A stretch of DNA of 64,000 nucleotides from a virus (Duplodnaviria; Caudoviricetes): positions 32,001 through 96,000 of the IMG/VR virus record IMGVR_UViG_3300032167_000004. One strand, written 5' to 3'. The translations under genes were made by a program, and so were the position numbers. The first letter of the stretch is position 1. Each line of letters opens with the position of its first letter. The notes below the pieces were generated by a model. The model searched no databases. It saw only the letters and a program-made list of their open reading frames with translations, and was not told the origin of the DNA. Positions 11,386-21,804 of the stretch are shown here, piece by piece.

Positions 11386-12741
11386 TTATTTTTCATAAAT
11401 CTCTTGTAATTTACGTTTTAATTCAATAAGAACTTTATTACCAAACATAGTAAAGATAATTGAAGGAACCATACGTTGTAAAACTGCAGAAGGACCTACA
11501 AAGGCTGAAATCTCTTCATCAGGTCTAAATTCAGAATAAGGTTCATAACCTTCTTCAATAACTTCACCGACAATCGACTTTAATGCACTGTAAAAAGTGA
11601 GCTTGTCGCCAACGCCCATAGAATCGTGATACTTAATATAAAATTCAATTAATACTCCATCAAATACTTCTTTACCTTTTAACTTACCATCAGCAGTAGG
11701 AAGGATTTTACCGGTAGGTTCATTAAATAACATACCTGCTTTAATGATACCATCACTCTTATCATATTTCTCAATAAGTTTTTTCTTCTTATTGATTTTA
11801 TCATAATAGGCTTTTACAATTTTTTGTAAACTAGGAGACAAATCTTTTAAGTCCACTGAACTATAGATTTTAATATCTTCAATTACACCACTATATTTAG
11901 ATTTAATAGGAACTTTTCCAAGAGATTTAATTTCTTCTTTTAATTCATCACCAACAGAGGCTAAGAATTTATTTAATTGATCATCTTCATAAGAAGTTTC
12001 AAAAGATACTAAGATATCACCAACATGGACTTGATCACCGATATTGACCATATGATCAACATTAGCATTTTTACCAATAATAACATCTTTCATCATAACT
12101 ATCTCAGAAGACATTTCTTTTGACATTTTATGAGTGATAAATGTACTATCCTCATAAGTAGAATATGCTGACATAATGGCAATTTTTTGTAATGATCCGA
12201 TATTAAATCTATTACCATTATGACCATCTTGAGTAAAGAATTTATTTTCATAAGCTAAGATATCATTTTTCTTAACTTTATCACCAAGCTTATAATTAGT
12301 ATCTAATTTATTAGAAATATAGAAACCTGAAGAAGAGTTTTTAACAACTCTAGGTTTAATATCAATAGCTTGTGATTTACCATTTTTATACTTAACAATC
12401 ATAAGACCAGTTTTATCATCTAATTCTACAACTTCACCATCATCTTCAGCAGTAACAATGAAATCTTTAGATAAACTATATTGAATAGTTTGTTCTACAC
12501 CATTAGAAATTAAAACCGGTGATGATTTTTCAACAGGAATGATGTGGCCGCTCTGTTTTGACGCCATCGCAAGTCTAATACTTTCATCATGAGTATTACC
12601 CATAGGCGTTAACATTTCAGCGGCAGTAAATAAGTTAGCATCGCTTAATTTAGAATTATCATCATTGATATCTAAATATCCTCTAGGACCTTTAATATTA
12701 GGCTCTAAAGCTAATTTTCTAGCAACACCAACATTTGCATC
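11386..12741 (-). CDS. rpoB: RNA polymerase beta-like subunit (probably virion RNAP), exon 2
   Basis: DANVG..., YEDS, GDKL...LKSIV and QRM motifs of the beta C-half; joins exon 1 in frame as ...MSSSP|DANVG. Confidence 0.85.
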   Translation of the reverse strand, partial: DANVGVARKLALEPNIKGPRGYLDINDDNSKLSDANLFTAAEMLTPMGNTHDESIRLAMASKQSGHIIPVEKSSPVLISNGVEQTIQYSLSKDFIVTAEDDGEVVELDDKTGLMIVKYKNGKSQAIDIKPRVVKNSSSGFYISNKLDTNYKLGDKVKKNDILAYENKFFTQDGHNGNRFNIGSLQKIAIMSAYSTYEDSTFITHKMSKEMSSEIVMMKDVIIGKNANVDHMVNIGDQVHVGDILVSFETSYEDDQLNKFLASVGDELKEEIKSLGKVPIKSKYSGVIEDIKIYSSVDLKDLSPSLQKIVKAYYDKINKKKKLIEKYDKSDGIIKAGMLFNEPTGKILPTADGKLKGKEVFDGVLIEFYIKYHDSMGVGDKLTFYSALKSIVGEVIEEGYEPYSEFRPDEEISAFVGPSAVLQRMVPSIIFTMFGNKVLIELKRKLQEIYEK

Positions 12742-12992
12742 CAATTATATTCATATAGAAGTATTAATTCTATATAGCTAATTTAATAGCTTCTATATAT
12801 TACTATATAGTTTAGACTATATCTTCATCCTTTATTAAAGGAGCTCTCCATTAGTATTCATTTAAATACTTTAGTCGTTGAACCTTACCAATATATAATT
12901 GGTCTTGGCTTCTGATTATCTATAAATAGATTTCCCAGAAATTAAGAGAGATTCATGTAATATATTACTATATTACTCACCCAATTGCTTTT
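12742..12992 (-). ncRNA. Group I intron (ORF-less, 251 nt) in the beta-subunit gene
   Basis: P (AATTTCTGGGAA), Q (AATCAGAAG), R (GTTCAACGACTA), S (AAGATATAGTCTA); P1 TCACCT/GGGTGA with U.G at the splice site; terminal G. Confidence 0.9.
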
Positions 12993-15782
12993 AGGTGACG
13001 ATGACATTCCTATAATACCCATCATTGTAGGATCATAAGAACGTTTGTCTAATGTATATGCTCTATCCAAATTCATACCATTTACACCTTTTGTAGAAAT
13101 AGTACGTAATTTTTCAGATTCATATATAGGATTAAGGGTAGAAAATTCTTCAACAGTATTTGTCATAAGAATTTTCTTAATAATTGCATCTTTAGGGATA
13201 GAAATCTTTGTAGGATTCTTTGCATTTGCAGTTACTCTATAAGCAGCATAAGCATCTGCTAATTCTCTATGAATAATAGCATTAATGATTTCATTAGATC
13301 TTACTCTGTAAAGATTCATATTATTTTCAATGATATAAGAGTTATCTGCTAATAAAGCATTAGCAAAAAGTAATACAGATACAAAATCTGTAGGATAATC
13401 CAAATCATTTAATACTTCTTTAGTGATAGGATCAATCATAAATTCATAGAAAGAATCAAATGCATTAGAAAGATTTCTAGCATGATACATAGCGTCAAAT
13501 AATTCAAGATAAATATCTTTACTATCTAATTCTTCATATTTAAAAGATTTAGTAGGAATTATTTGTAATCCACTCATTAATAATGAATTTTCTAATGGAT
13601 ACATATCAAATACTAAATATCCATCTTCAAACTGAATACTATTTTGTTTATCAGTTAATTTAGGTCTCTTATCTGTGAAGTAATGATTAATATTACCTTT
13701 TTTCATAACAGTTGTTAAGCCTTCACAGTAACCTAAAAGTAAAACTAAAGGTACATCTTTAGCCATGATTGTAGCTCTAGAGAAAATATATTTCTTAGTG
13801 CTAACATTTACATCATCATAAATTTCTTGTAATTTAGGTCCACAAGTTTGGACAATAAAATCAATAAATTCTACACCATTAATCTTTTCATCTTCATATG
13901 TTAAAATAATAGGTTCATTATTACTATAAAAACCTACACACATCTGATCATTAGTTAATGGCTTTCTTAATCTACTCTGAACTATATTCTGATCAAATAT
14001 AAATTCAGCTTTACTACATTTAACGGAAATATAACTTTTTGAAAGTTCATCATACTCTAATGTAGTTTTGTAATTATTGTTTATCTTTGAAGCATCACCA
14101 TTTTGTACCTTGATTCCTAGTACATTGGAAGCGATAGCTTTTTTAAATTTTTCAATTTTGGGTGACATGTTGACACCATGTCGACGGATGAAAATTTTAT
14201 TGTAATTCGAACAAACCTGTACTTCAGATTCACCAGTTTTTACGATAGGTTTCATAAATAACTGCTTAGTAATAATTTTCTTACTACCATTTAAATATAA
14301 GAACTTATCATCAACAAATTTAGGTACATCAAAAGTTAAGTTATGTCTAATTCTATTTTCATCTTCTAATACTACTTTATAAGTATCTTTATAATTTAAT
14401 TCATCACTACTATCTTCAATTTTAATATCTTTAATATATACAGGAATAGATTTATCATTTAATGCTGCTAATACATTCATCGTATCGTGTTGCATTACAT
14501 TATCATTATATTCCTTTTCAAAGTTAGTAAATCTAACATTAGTAACATTAGAATTGGTAGTTGTAACTTTTTTAGATACATCATTTGAAGATAATTTAAT
14601 AGATGATATACTTTTATCATTTATATAATCATCCACAGTTCTATTATTTACTTTGATCTTTTTTTGTTTTTCTCTTAATTCTTGATCTCGTTTAATAGAG
14701 GCTGTAGATTTGCCTGTTTTTTTCTCTCTTATTAAATCGTGCATTGTGCTGAGTAATTCTTCATCTTCATCCAATTTACGATGTAATTTGAGTTCGATTT
14801 TTTCAGGATCTAATTCAGGTTCTTCTTCCTGAATTTTATCTAACTCAGAATCAATTTTTTGATTAACGATCATCTTAATATCGTCATTATCATCTCTTTC
14901 AGTTTCATCATCAATAAATTGATCCGGGTCAACTAAAGGATTATTTGGATCATCAATGGGTAATGTATTTACTCCAGTAAATCCTAATTTATCATTTAAA
15001 TCTTTAGATACAACATCTTTGATATCTTGTCTCTGAATGGCATTATCTAACGCTTCATCATCTTCAAAATTCATTACAGGTGTCAATTTACTTAATTCTC
15101 TTTTAAATATACTAAGATGATTTTGTTCACAAAGAGAAGGATTCATTCTCATAATCATATTCTTAGAATATAAATAGAAATCTATATTACCTAAAGATTT
15201 AAAAATTTCAAAATATTTCCTATAAGATAATAACAAATAGGATACGGGGTTATTTATTTGATTACCATTTTTAAACCAAGACTCTACATCAATAAAAACC
15301 ATTTTAGTTTTATATTGATTAAATTGAGGATTATTGATTAACACTTTTAAATAATCAAAATACAACTCCATCTTAAGTTTAATATTTATATTTTTCAAAT
15401 TATCAAAAAAGATATTATTAAATACTTGTAAATCATAATAAACATTACGATTATTTACCAAATCAAATCTATTAGGTGTTTTAATTAAACTAATTTTCTC
15501 TTTAATATCTTGACTAATATTTTTAGCTTGTTCACGATAATTGACATATACCATTTTATTGTGAATTTTTTGTTTATATATAGGCTCAATAAAGTAAGTA
15601 AGATATTTAGAATTAGTTACTAATAGAGGATGCATGATAAGATTGATAGCATCTTCAGTGTTTAAATTATTACTAAATACAATATTATACATAGATGCTG
15701 CATTTGTATCTCTAGGTAAATAAACTTTTTGTCTATATACTCGTAAGTGAGGTATGTTATTTATAACAATCATAAAATTCAC
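12993..15782 (-). CDS. rpoB: RNA polymerase beta-like subunit, exon 1 (spliced product ~1381 aa)
   Basis: DVPKF..YLNGSKK, SNYNKIFI, GVNGMN..R and YDPTMMG motifs typical of phage beta homologs; late promoter motif at 15818-15829. Confidence 0.85.
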
Positions 15783-15857
15783 CTCTTTATATATTTTTGA
15801 TTAGAAAAACCTACTATTACACAATTGTTAAATGTGTAAATATGTAGTAAAAAGTAG

Positions 15858-16454
15858 ACTCTCAATATAATAATAAAGATATATACGCTATTTTCAACAT
15901 ATATAATCAGTATTATTATATTGAGAATTTATTTTAATAAGTGTCATACGACAGTCGGGGTGTCTCACTTATTATTGGGCGGTACCAATAATAGATTGAC
16001 CATAAAAAGTGTTTCATACTATAGAAGGTGGATCTAGGTCGCTTAAAACTCGACTATAGCGTCCTGAAATCGTAACTGGTTATAATCAATAGATATAACC
16101 TTGAAGTCATTACTTTTTTGTTTTAGTTATAATTGAAAAATAATAGAAAATAATTTAAAATAAAAAAATAAATTATTTTTAATTACAACTATAACATAAA
16201 ATTAAAAAAGGTAGAAGGGGCCTTTAGATAAGAAAAGAAAAATTCCGGATTGGGGGATCGGGGAAAGAAAAGAAATAAAAAATTATTATTAATAATATAT
16301 TAATATAAATATATAAATAATTAATATAATAATTATATAAATAAATAATATATTAATATAAATAATATTATAATAATATATTATTATAATATTAATATAA
16401 TTATATAAATATATATTATTAATATATTATAATAATATTATATTATTAATAATA
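15858..16454. other. Candidate replication origin / structured intergenic region
   Basis: Lies between divergent genes; several inverted repeats, a G-rich element (GGATTGGGGGATCGGGG), then 182 nt (16273-16454) containing only A and T. Confidence 0.4.
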
Positions 16455-16483
16455 GAAAATTTTAAAAATGAGGAAATAAAAAT

Positions 16484-16993
16484 ATGAAAAATAAATTATT
16501 AGTATTAAAATCTAAAATTAATAATTCTGTAATAGCTATTACAGAATTTAAATATCATATGAAATTATTTATTCTACAAAATGAATATGATAAAAAAGAT
16601 TATATTCTAAAAGAATATACAGATATATCTAAAGTTAATAAATATTTAATTCAGTATAGTGAAGATTATTATTTAATTGAATATAAAAATTTCATAATTA
16701 GAAATAGTGATAAAAAATATATTGATGAATTAATATATCTATCTAAAAATAATATTAAAGAAACTATCAATAATTTAGATTATATTAATTCTAACTATAT
16801 ACTATCTCCTAAAGAACATATTGAAATATCAAATACTATTAATATATTAACTAATAATATAAAAAAGAAGAATATTGATGAATTCATCAATATTCATTAT
16901 TTAATCAAAAATTTATGTAATAATCATAATATGAAATATGATTTACAGGAATTAAATAATAATTATCAATATAATTTATTAAAAGGAGATTAA
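16484..16993 (+). CDS. Hypothetical protein (N-terminus resembles 22882 and 23358 ORFs)
   Basis: 169 aa; GAGG SD. Confidence 0.7.
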   Translation: MKNKLLVLKSKINNSVIAITEFKYHMKLFILQNEYDKKDYILKEYTDISKVNKYLIQYSEDYYLIEYKNFIIRNSDKKYIDELIYLSKNNIKETINNLDYINSNYILSPKEHIEISNTINILTNNIKKKNIDEFINIHYLIKNLCNNHNMKYDLQELNNNYQYNLLKGD

Positions 16994-16994
16994 T

Positions 16995-17675
16995 ATGAAA
17001 TTTAATAAAGATATTATTGTAATTGATGGAGCTGATGGTGTAGGAAAAACTACACAAATTGGTTTACTAAAAGAAAAATATAAAGAGTTTAAATTTATGA
17101 AATTTCCTAATTATAATAGTACAACAGGATTTTTCATAACAAAATATCTTAATGGTGAATTTGAAAATATGTTTAAAGGATTAGAACCTTTAGATAGAAT
17201 TAATAAAATTAGTATGTTATATACTATGGATCGGAATATATGGTTCTCTAAATATTATGAGCCGTATATTCCATTAATTTGTGATAGATATACAACTAGT
17301 AATATTCTACATATGTCTACATTGATTATTCATAATGGTGGTACAATGGAAGATGTATATCATTATATTAATAATATAGAAGATTTAGAATATTCTAAAT
17401 TAAATATTCCAGAACCGAATTTAGTTATATATTTAGATGCTCCTACTGAACAATTAAAAAAGAATTTAAATGGCACCCAGCAAGTACTGGATATACATGA
17501 AGATGAAAGCATTTTCAAAAATATTGAGTCTGTAAAGACTGAAATTATTGAATACTGTGGATGGAAAGTTGTAAATTGTGTTGATGAATCTGGTATGAGG
17601 AGCATAGAAAATATTCATAATGATATAGTAAAAATTATTGATAATTACTTTGAAACTAAAAAAATAATGAAATAA
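16995..17675 (+). CDS. tmk: Thymidylate (dNMP) kinase
   Basis: P-loop DGADGVGKTT, KFP, CDRY, PNLVIYLDAP. Confidence 0.92.
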   Translation: MKFNKDIIVIDGADGVGKTTQIGLLKEKYKEFKFMKFPNYNSTTGFFITKYLNGEFENMFKGLEPLDRINKISMLYTMDRNIWFSKYYEPYIPLICDRYTTSNILHMSTLIIHNGGTMEDVYHYINNIEDLEYSKLNIPEPNLVIYLDAPTEQLKKNLNGTQQVLDIHEDESIFKNIESVKTEIIEYCGWKVVNCVDESGMRSIENIHNDIVKIIDNYFETKKIMK

Positions 17676-17723
17676 AAAAATAATACCGAATAGTCTTAAT
17701 TGACTATTCGGTATTATTTTTTT
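17674..17723. terminator. Bidirectional terminator between tmk and the Tas/TIGR transcript
   Basis: A-run + TAATACCGAATAGTC-ttaatt-GACTATTCGGTATTA + T-run. Confidence 0.85.
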
Positions 17724-17755
17724 ATTTCTAAGTATAATAATCTAGTTCACTATAA

Positions 17756-18505
17756 TGATTCATTATTTACTCAACTGGAATTTGATTCATTCTTGGATAT
17801 TGATACTAAAAAAGAGGTGGTATGATTTATTAATATATTTTCAATGTCGTGGTACTATAAAATCATCTGATTCATTGCCATAATATGTTACTATCAGATT
17901 TCTGATTCATTAGAAGAAAATGATATTTTTTGCTTGTCTGGTTTATCATTTTCATAGATTGATACTATATTGATTGATGATTCATTAATATCGCATGATA
18001 CTTTTTGTGGAACCTGATTCATTAATTATTCCTTAGATACTAACTTTAGCAATGATTTTATTAATTTTTTATAGGGATTGATACAATTATGGTGGATGAT
18101 TCATTATGTATCCGTGATACTATGAGGTTTCCTGATTCATTAGGAGGAGACGATACTATAATCATCCTCTTGATTCATTTCAGTTCTCAGATACTAAAAA
18201 TTGACATGATTCATTACACATACTATGATACTAAATCCACAAACTGATTCATTGTTGATTCGTGTTACTATAAACTGCAATGATTCGATTAATTCCACTG
18301 ATACTATACGATGATATGACTCACTATTATTGTATACTACTTTAAGGAAATTTGATTCAGTTATATCTCCCTGATACAATTAGGTGAACTGATTCATTTG
18401 AGCATTTAAGGTACTATCTTTCTTAATGATTCATTAATTTTAATTGATACTATCCCTCCATATGATTCATTTCGGACAATTGATACTATTTTCGTTGATG
18501 ATTAA
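17756..18505 (-). repeat. TIGR-like dual-repeat guide-RNA array 1 (~20 units of ~36 nt)
   Basis: On minus: alternating (A)ATGAATCA and (AT)AGTATCA repeats, each followed by a unique ~9-nt spacer; starts ~25 nt after the Nop-domain gene stop and ends at a terminator. Confidence 0.88.
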
Positions 18506-18530
18506 ATATTATTAAAAAAGTATTTCCGGA

Positions 18531-19484
18531 TTATTCATCCGGAAATACAATTTCTCTATTAGGTGCATGGATAATATGTACATGACCAAGATGATCCTGC
18601 ACAAAAGGATTAGGAGCTTTTGCTCCTCTATCATATTCATACCAAATTTCAAACAAATGACTCAGGAAAATTTTAACTGCAAATCTTTTAGCCATTGCAT
18701 TAATATGAGCAGGAGGAAGCTTACCATTACTATACCACTTATAAGCTTCAGTATCCTTACCATATTTCTTTAACTTCAATTCTTCTGCAGCTTTTTCTGC
18801 AAATCCACCTGCTTCATTTTTAGCTTCATACCAAGACTTCTTTTCTCTATAAAGATGACCATAAATATCATCTTTATTATTAGAAGTTTTTACAAAGGAT
18901 TCACCAAGTTTCCAACACAAAACTCTAAATTTAGGATTCCATGTAATTTTTTGTCCAGCAGTTCTAACTTTACGAGAACCATCCCAGCCAGCATAATTCC
19001 AAATGGAACCTGCAGTATTACATTTTTTAATATCAATATATGCAAGCATACCTGCAGCAATGACAGGACCAACACCCTTGATACTAAGCATCCATTTTCC
19101 GATAGGATGAGATTTTGCATAATAACCAAGGAACTTAGAAATTGTTGTTTCAGTTTCTTTAAACTGGTTTTCAATATATTGAAGATAAACAGGCTGTTCA
19201 CAATCGATAGTATCAACAGATTTTCCATTCTGAATAGCTTCCTCTTTCATCTTCTTCAATTCTTCTCTAGCAACTGCACTTTTACGATTACCAGTTCTAA
19301 TACGAATATCTTGCATATCGTAATATACTTCAATTGCATTACGAATTTCATCATCTTTAATAGGATGCTTTTTAATATCCTTAATAGTCATATTAGCCAC
19401 ATCAAATAAAGGCTCAACCTTATTCTCAATGGTCTTATCCATATCATTCTTGTTGGGGGTCTTCTTAGCTGCACACATAAACAA
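18531..19484 (-). CDS. tasA: TasA-like Nop-domain (IS110/Nop5-related) RNA-guided DNA-binding protein without a recognisable nuclease domain
   Basis: Coiled coil YYDMQDIRIRTGNR; SIKGVGPVIAAGMLAYI...SIWNYAG...WNPKFR...GESF...AKRFAVKIFLSHL; no DEDD RuvC or HNH seen; adjacent dual-repeat array. Confidence 0.82.
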   Translation of the reverse strand: MFMCAAKKTPNKNDMDKTIENKVEPLFDVANMTIKDIKKHPIKDDEIRNAIEVYYDMQDIRIRTGNRKSAVAREELKKMKEEAIQNGKSVDTIDCEQPVYLQYIENQFKETETTISKFLGYYAKSHPIGKWMLSIKGVGPVIAAGMLAYIDIKKCNTAGSIWNYAGWDGSRKVRTAGQKITWNPKFRVLCWKLGESFVKTSNNKDDIYGHLYREKKSWYEAKNEAGGFAEKAAEELKLKKYGKDTEAYKWYSNGKLPPAHINAMAKRFAVKIFLSHLFEIWYEYDRGAKAPNPFVQDHLGHVHIIHAPNREIVFPDE

Positions 19485-19540
19485 AAATTTCCTTTCTTTT
19501 TTGGTTGTTACAATTTTATATATTTGCTTGGATTCATTTA

Positions 19541-19554
19541 AATAATATATATTT
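19541..19554 (-). promoter_or_regulatory. Early promoter motif driving the Tas-TIGR operon
   Basis: AAATATATATTATT on minus, the same motif found before other early gene blocks. Confidence 0.65.
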
Positions 19555-19621
19555 ATTATTTATTTTGATTTTATTACTAAGTAAACTTTATAATAATATG
19601 AATTTATGAAAGGAGAATAAT

Positions 19622-20149
19622 TTGATGGCAATTACATCTTTATTAGATATTACACCAACTTTAAAGGACTCAGTTAGTAGCATAACTGATAAATTTAATG
19701 ATGAAGTTATTCCTAAAATAGAAAAAATTTCAGGCACTGTCAATGAAATAAATTGGACATTTAATGACCAAATCAAACCTACTGTAAATGATAATAAAAA
19801 TAAAATTAATGAAATTGATACTTTAATAAAAGAAGAAATTTTACCAATTACTACAGATTTTATAGAATTATACGAGGTTATTATTATTCGTATCTTATTA
19901 TCTAAATTTGTTATGTTCTTAAATCATATCTTTAAATGGTACTCCTATCTAATTATAGAAATTGATGATGATTCAAATGAAATAACTCATATTATATCAT
20001 TATCTGAAACTAATACTAAGAATATATATAATACGAGATATAAAATATTTAAAAATAAATTAAAAGAATTAAAAAAAGAATATAATATTAGTTATAATGA
20101 CTTAGTTAATATAACTATACTATATACTAAATCTATACTTAGAAAATAA
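19622..20149 (+). CDS. Hypothetical protein with N-terminal helical repeats
   Basis: 175 aa; AAAGGAG SD; repeated I.P motif about every 22 aa. Confidence 0.7.
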   Translation: MMAITSLLDITPTLKDSVSSITDKFNDEVIPKIEKISGTVNEINWTFNDQIKPTVNDNKNKINEIDTLIKEEILPITTDFIELYEVIIIRILLSKFVMFLNHIFKWYSYLIIEIDDDSNEITHIISLSETNTKNIYNTRYKIFKNKLKELKKEYNISYNDLVNITILYTKSILRK

Positions 20150-20168
20150 AAAAAGGAGACAAACAATC

Positions 20169-21512
20169 ATGAATACTACTTATTATATTAAAAATTTTCA
20201 ATTTGATAATATGGAAAAGATTAATGATTATCTTAGACGTTATTCTGACAAATATTTTAATTTTAATGAGTTACAGAATTTATTAATGGCTGAAAATGTT
20301 TCATTTGTGTTATCTGGTATTAATAGACTCCAGAGTACATTAATTTGTGAAGCAGGATTCTCTTATGTACAGCAATCTCAGAGATATGTCCCTGTTAATA
20401 ATAAATTTATTAAATTCTTAGATAATACTCCTGAAGAATTAATTATTGAAGGTTCTACATTGGTAAATAAATCCATTAATTTATATAATAAAATGACTGA
20501 ATTAGTTAATCCTAATAAAAAGGGTCGTCCTGCTAAAGAAGATTTTGTTCATGGTATTATGTATGAAGATGGACGATCTGTACTGCCTTTAGCCATGTCT
20601 ACTCATCTTGTAGTTAGCATGAGTGCAGATAAGTTAATTGATCTATTTATTTTATTTACTAAATATCCTTTAATTTTTAAATCTCTTCAGGAAGATATGG
20701 AAAAATTGATTCCTTTTAAACTGTATCATAATTTAACTGTAGCTGCATATTATAATACTCAGACTGATAATCGTATTAATGACAATTATTTTAAAGAAAA
20801 TATTAAGGATCTTTCTCTGATTAATCCTATTTATATGCTTAATTCTATGAATAATGTAGCAGTAGCTGCATTAGCAAGTCAGAATGAAGCTTCTCCTGAT
20901 GAAGTTTATAATTCTTGGGGTCCTGATACTGAAGCTAATGATTTAAAGATCTGTAGAAATGTGTTAGGATATGGTCATCATGGTATCAATGAACATTCCA
21001 GAACTAAATTTGCGATGACTTGTTCTTTAGCAGCATATCATCAAGTTATTAGACATAGACTTCAGAATATTAGAAGAGAAGCTTTAAAAGATTTAGTCTG
21101 TGGTAAGGATAGAGAATATGTTATCCCTAAGTCCATTATTTATAATGATCAATTCTTAACTGAATTCCATGCTTTAATTGATGAGTATGAAGATTTTTAT
21201 GCTAAGTATAATAAAAAATATGATATTCAGTTCTTAATGCAATTTATGTTAAATGCCGCAGCTATTAGATTTGTTGTATCCTCTAATATTAGAAATGATA
21301 ATAATATTTTTAAGGATAGACTTTGTTATACTGCACAGGAAGAAATTCGTGAACTGTACTTAAAGAAATTTAAGATTCTACATAATACATATCCTCATTT
21401 AGTTAAAAAATATGCTATTCCTCCTTGTGTTACAACTGGTAAATGTAAGGAAGGTAAGTTAACTTGTGGACATATGGCTGAAGTTAAGGAGCAATATAAA
21501 GATTATATTTAA
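20169..21512 (+). CDS. thyX: FAD-dependent thymidylate synthase, tandem two-domain form
   Basis: SYVQQSQRY and EDGRSVLP in the N-half; GHHGINEH, HQVIRHR and RLC..AQEEIR in the C-half. Confidence 0.8.
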   Translation: MNTTYYIKNFQFDNMEKINDYLRRYSDKYFNFNELQNLLMAENVSFVLSGINRLQSTLICEAGFSYVQQSQRYVPVNNKFIKFLDNTPEELIIEGSTLVNKSINLYNKMTELVNPNKKGRPAKEDFVHGIMYEDGRSVLPLAMSTHLVVSMSADKLIDLFILFTKYPLIFKSLQEDMEKLIPFKLYHNLTVAAYYNTQTDNRINDNYFKENIKDLSLINPIYMLNSMNNVAVAALASQNEASPDEVYNSWGPDTEANDLKICRNVLGYGHHGINEHSRTKFAMTCSLAAYHQVIRHRLQNIRREALKDLVCGKDREYVIPKSIIYNDQFLTEFHALIDEYEDFYAKYNKKYDIQFLMQFMLNAAAIRFVVSSNIRNDNNIFKDRLCYTAQEEIRELYLKKFKILHNTYPHLVKKYAIPPCVTTGKCKEGKLTCGHMAEVKEQYKDYI

Positions 21513-21573
21513 ATTTTCATTATAATAAAAAAATAAATGGGTATGAGGATTTTCTCCTCATACCCATAATTAT

Positions 21574-21804
21574 TTATCCATTAAGAATTTCTTCAGTAAG
21601 CTTATGTGCGTACTTATCAATATTCTCAAAAGAGTCTAATTGAAATACATTACAGCTAATTTTATTAACTAGTTCTCCTGTATTCATATCATACTCCATA
21701 ATTCGAATTTGTCCTGAGAGTTTATCGATACGAAGATTTCTTTGTAATTTGAGTTCATTATCTTCATAGACTAATGAAATACCATCAGTTTTAAGTTCAA
21801 TCAT
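21574..21804 (-). CDS. Hypothetical protein
   Basis: Start revised to ATG at 21804 behind AGGAGGAG. Confidence 0.65.
   Translation of the reverse strand: MIELKTDGISLVYEDNELKLQRNLRIDKLSGQIRIMEYDMNTGELVNKISCNVFQLDSFENIDKYAHKLTEEILNG

Noticed and set aside
18194-18379. 61-aa ORF inside array 1
   Set aside because: Chance open frame across repeats; no SD.
17756-18505. CRISPR array
   Set aside because: Repeats are two alternating 7-9-nt motifs with 9-nt spacers, not 23-47-nt repeats with ~30-nt spacers; no cas genes in the window.
18531-19484. IS110 transposase / insertion sequence
   Set aside because: No N-terminal DEDD RuvC domain and no SG catalytic-serine loop; phage promoter upstream and a multi-unit array downstream fit Tas rather than an IS.
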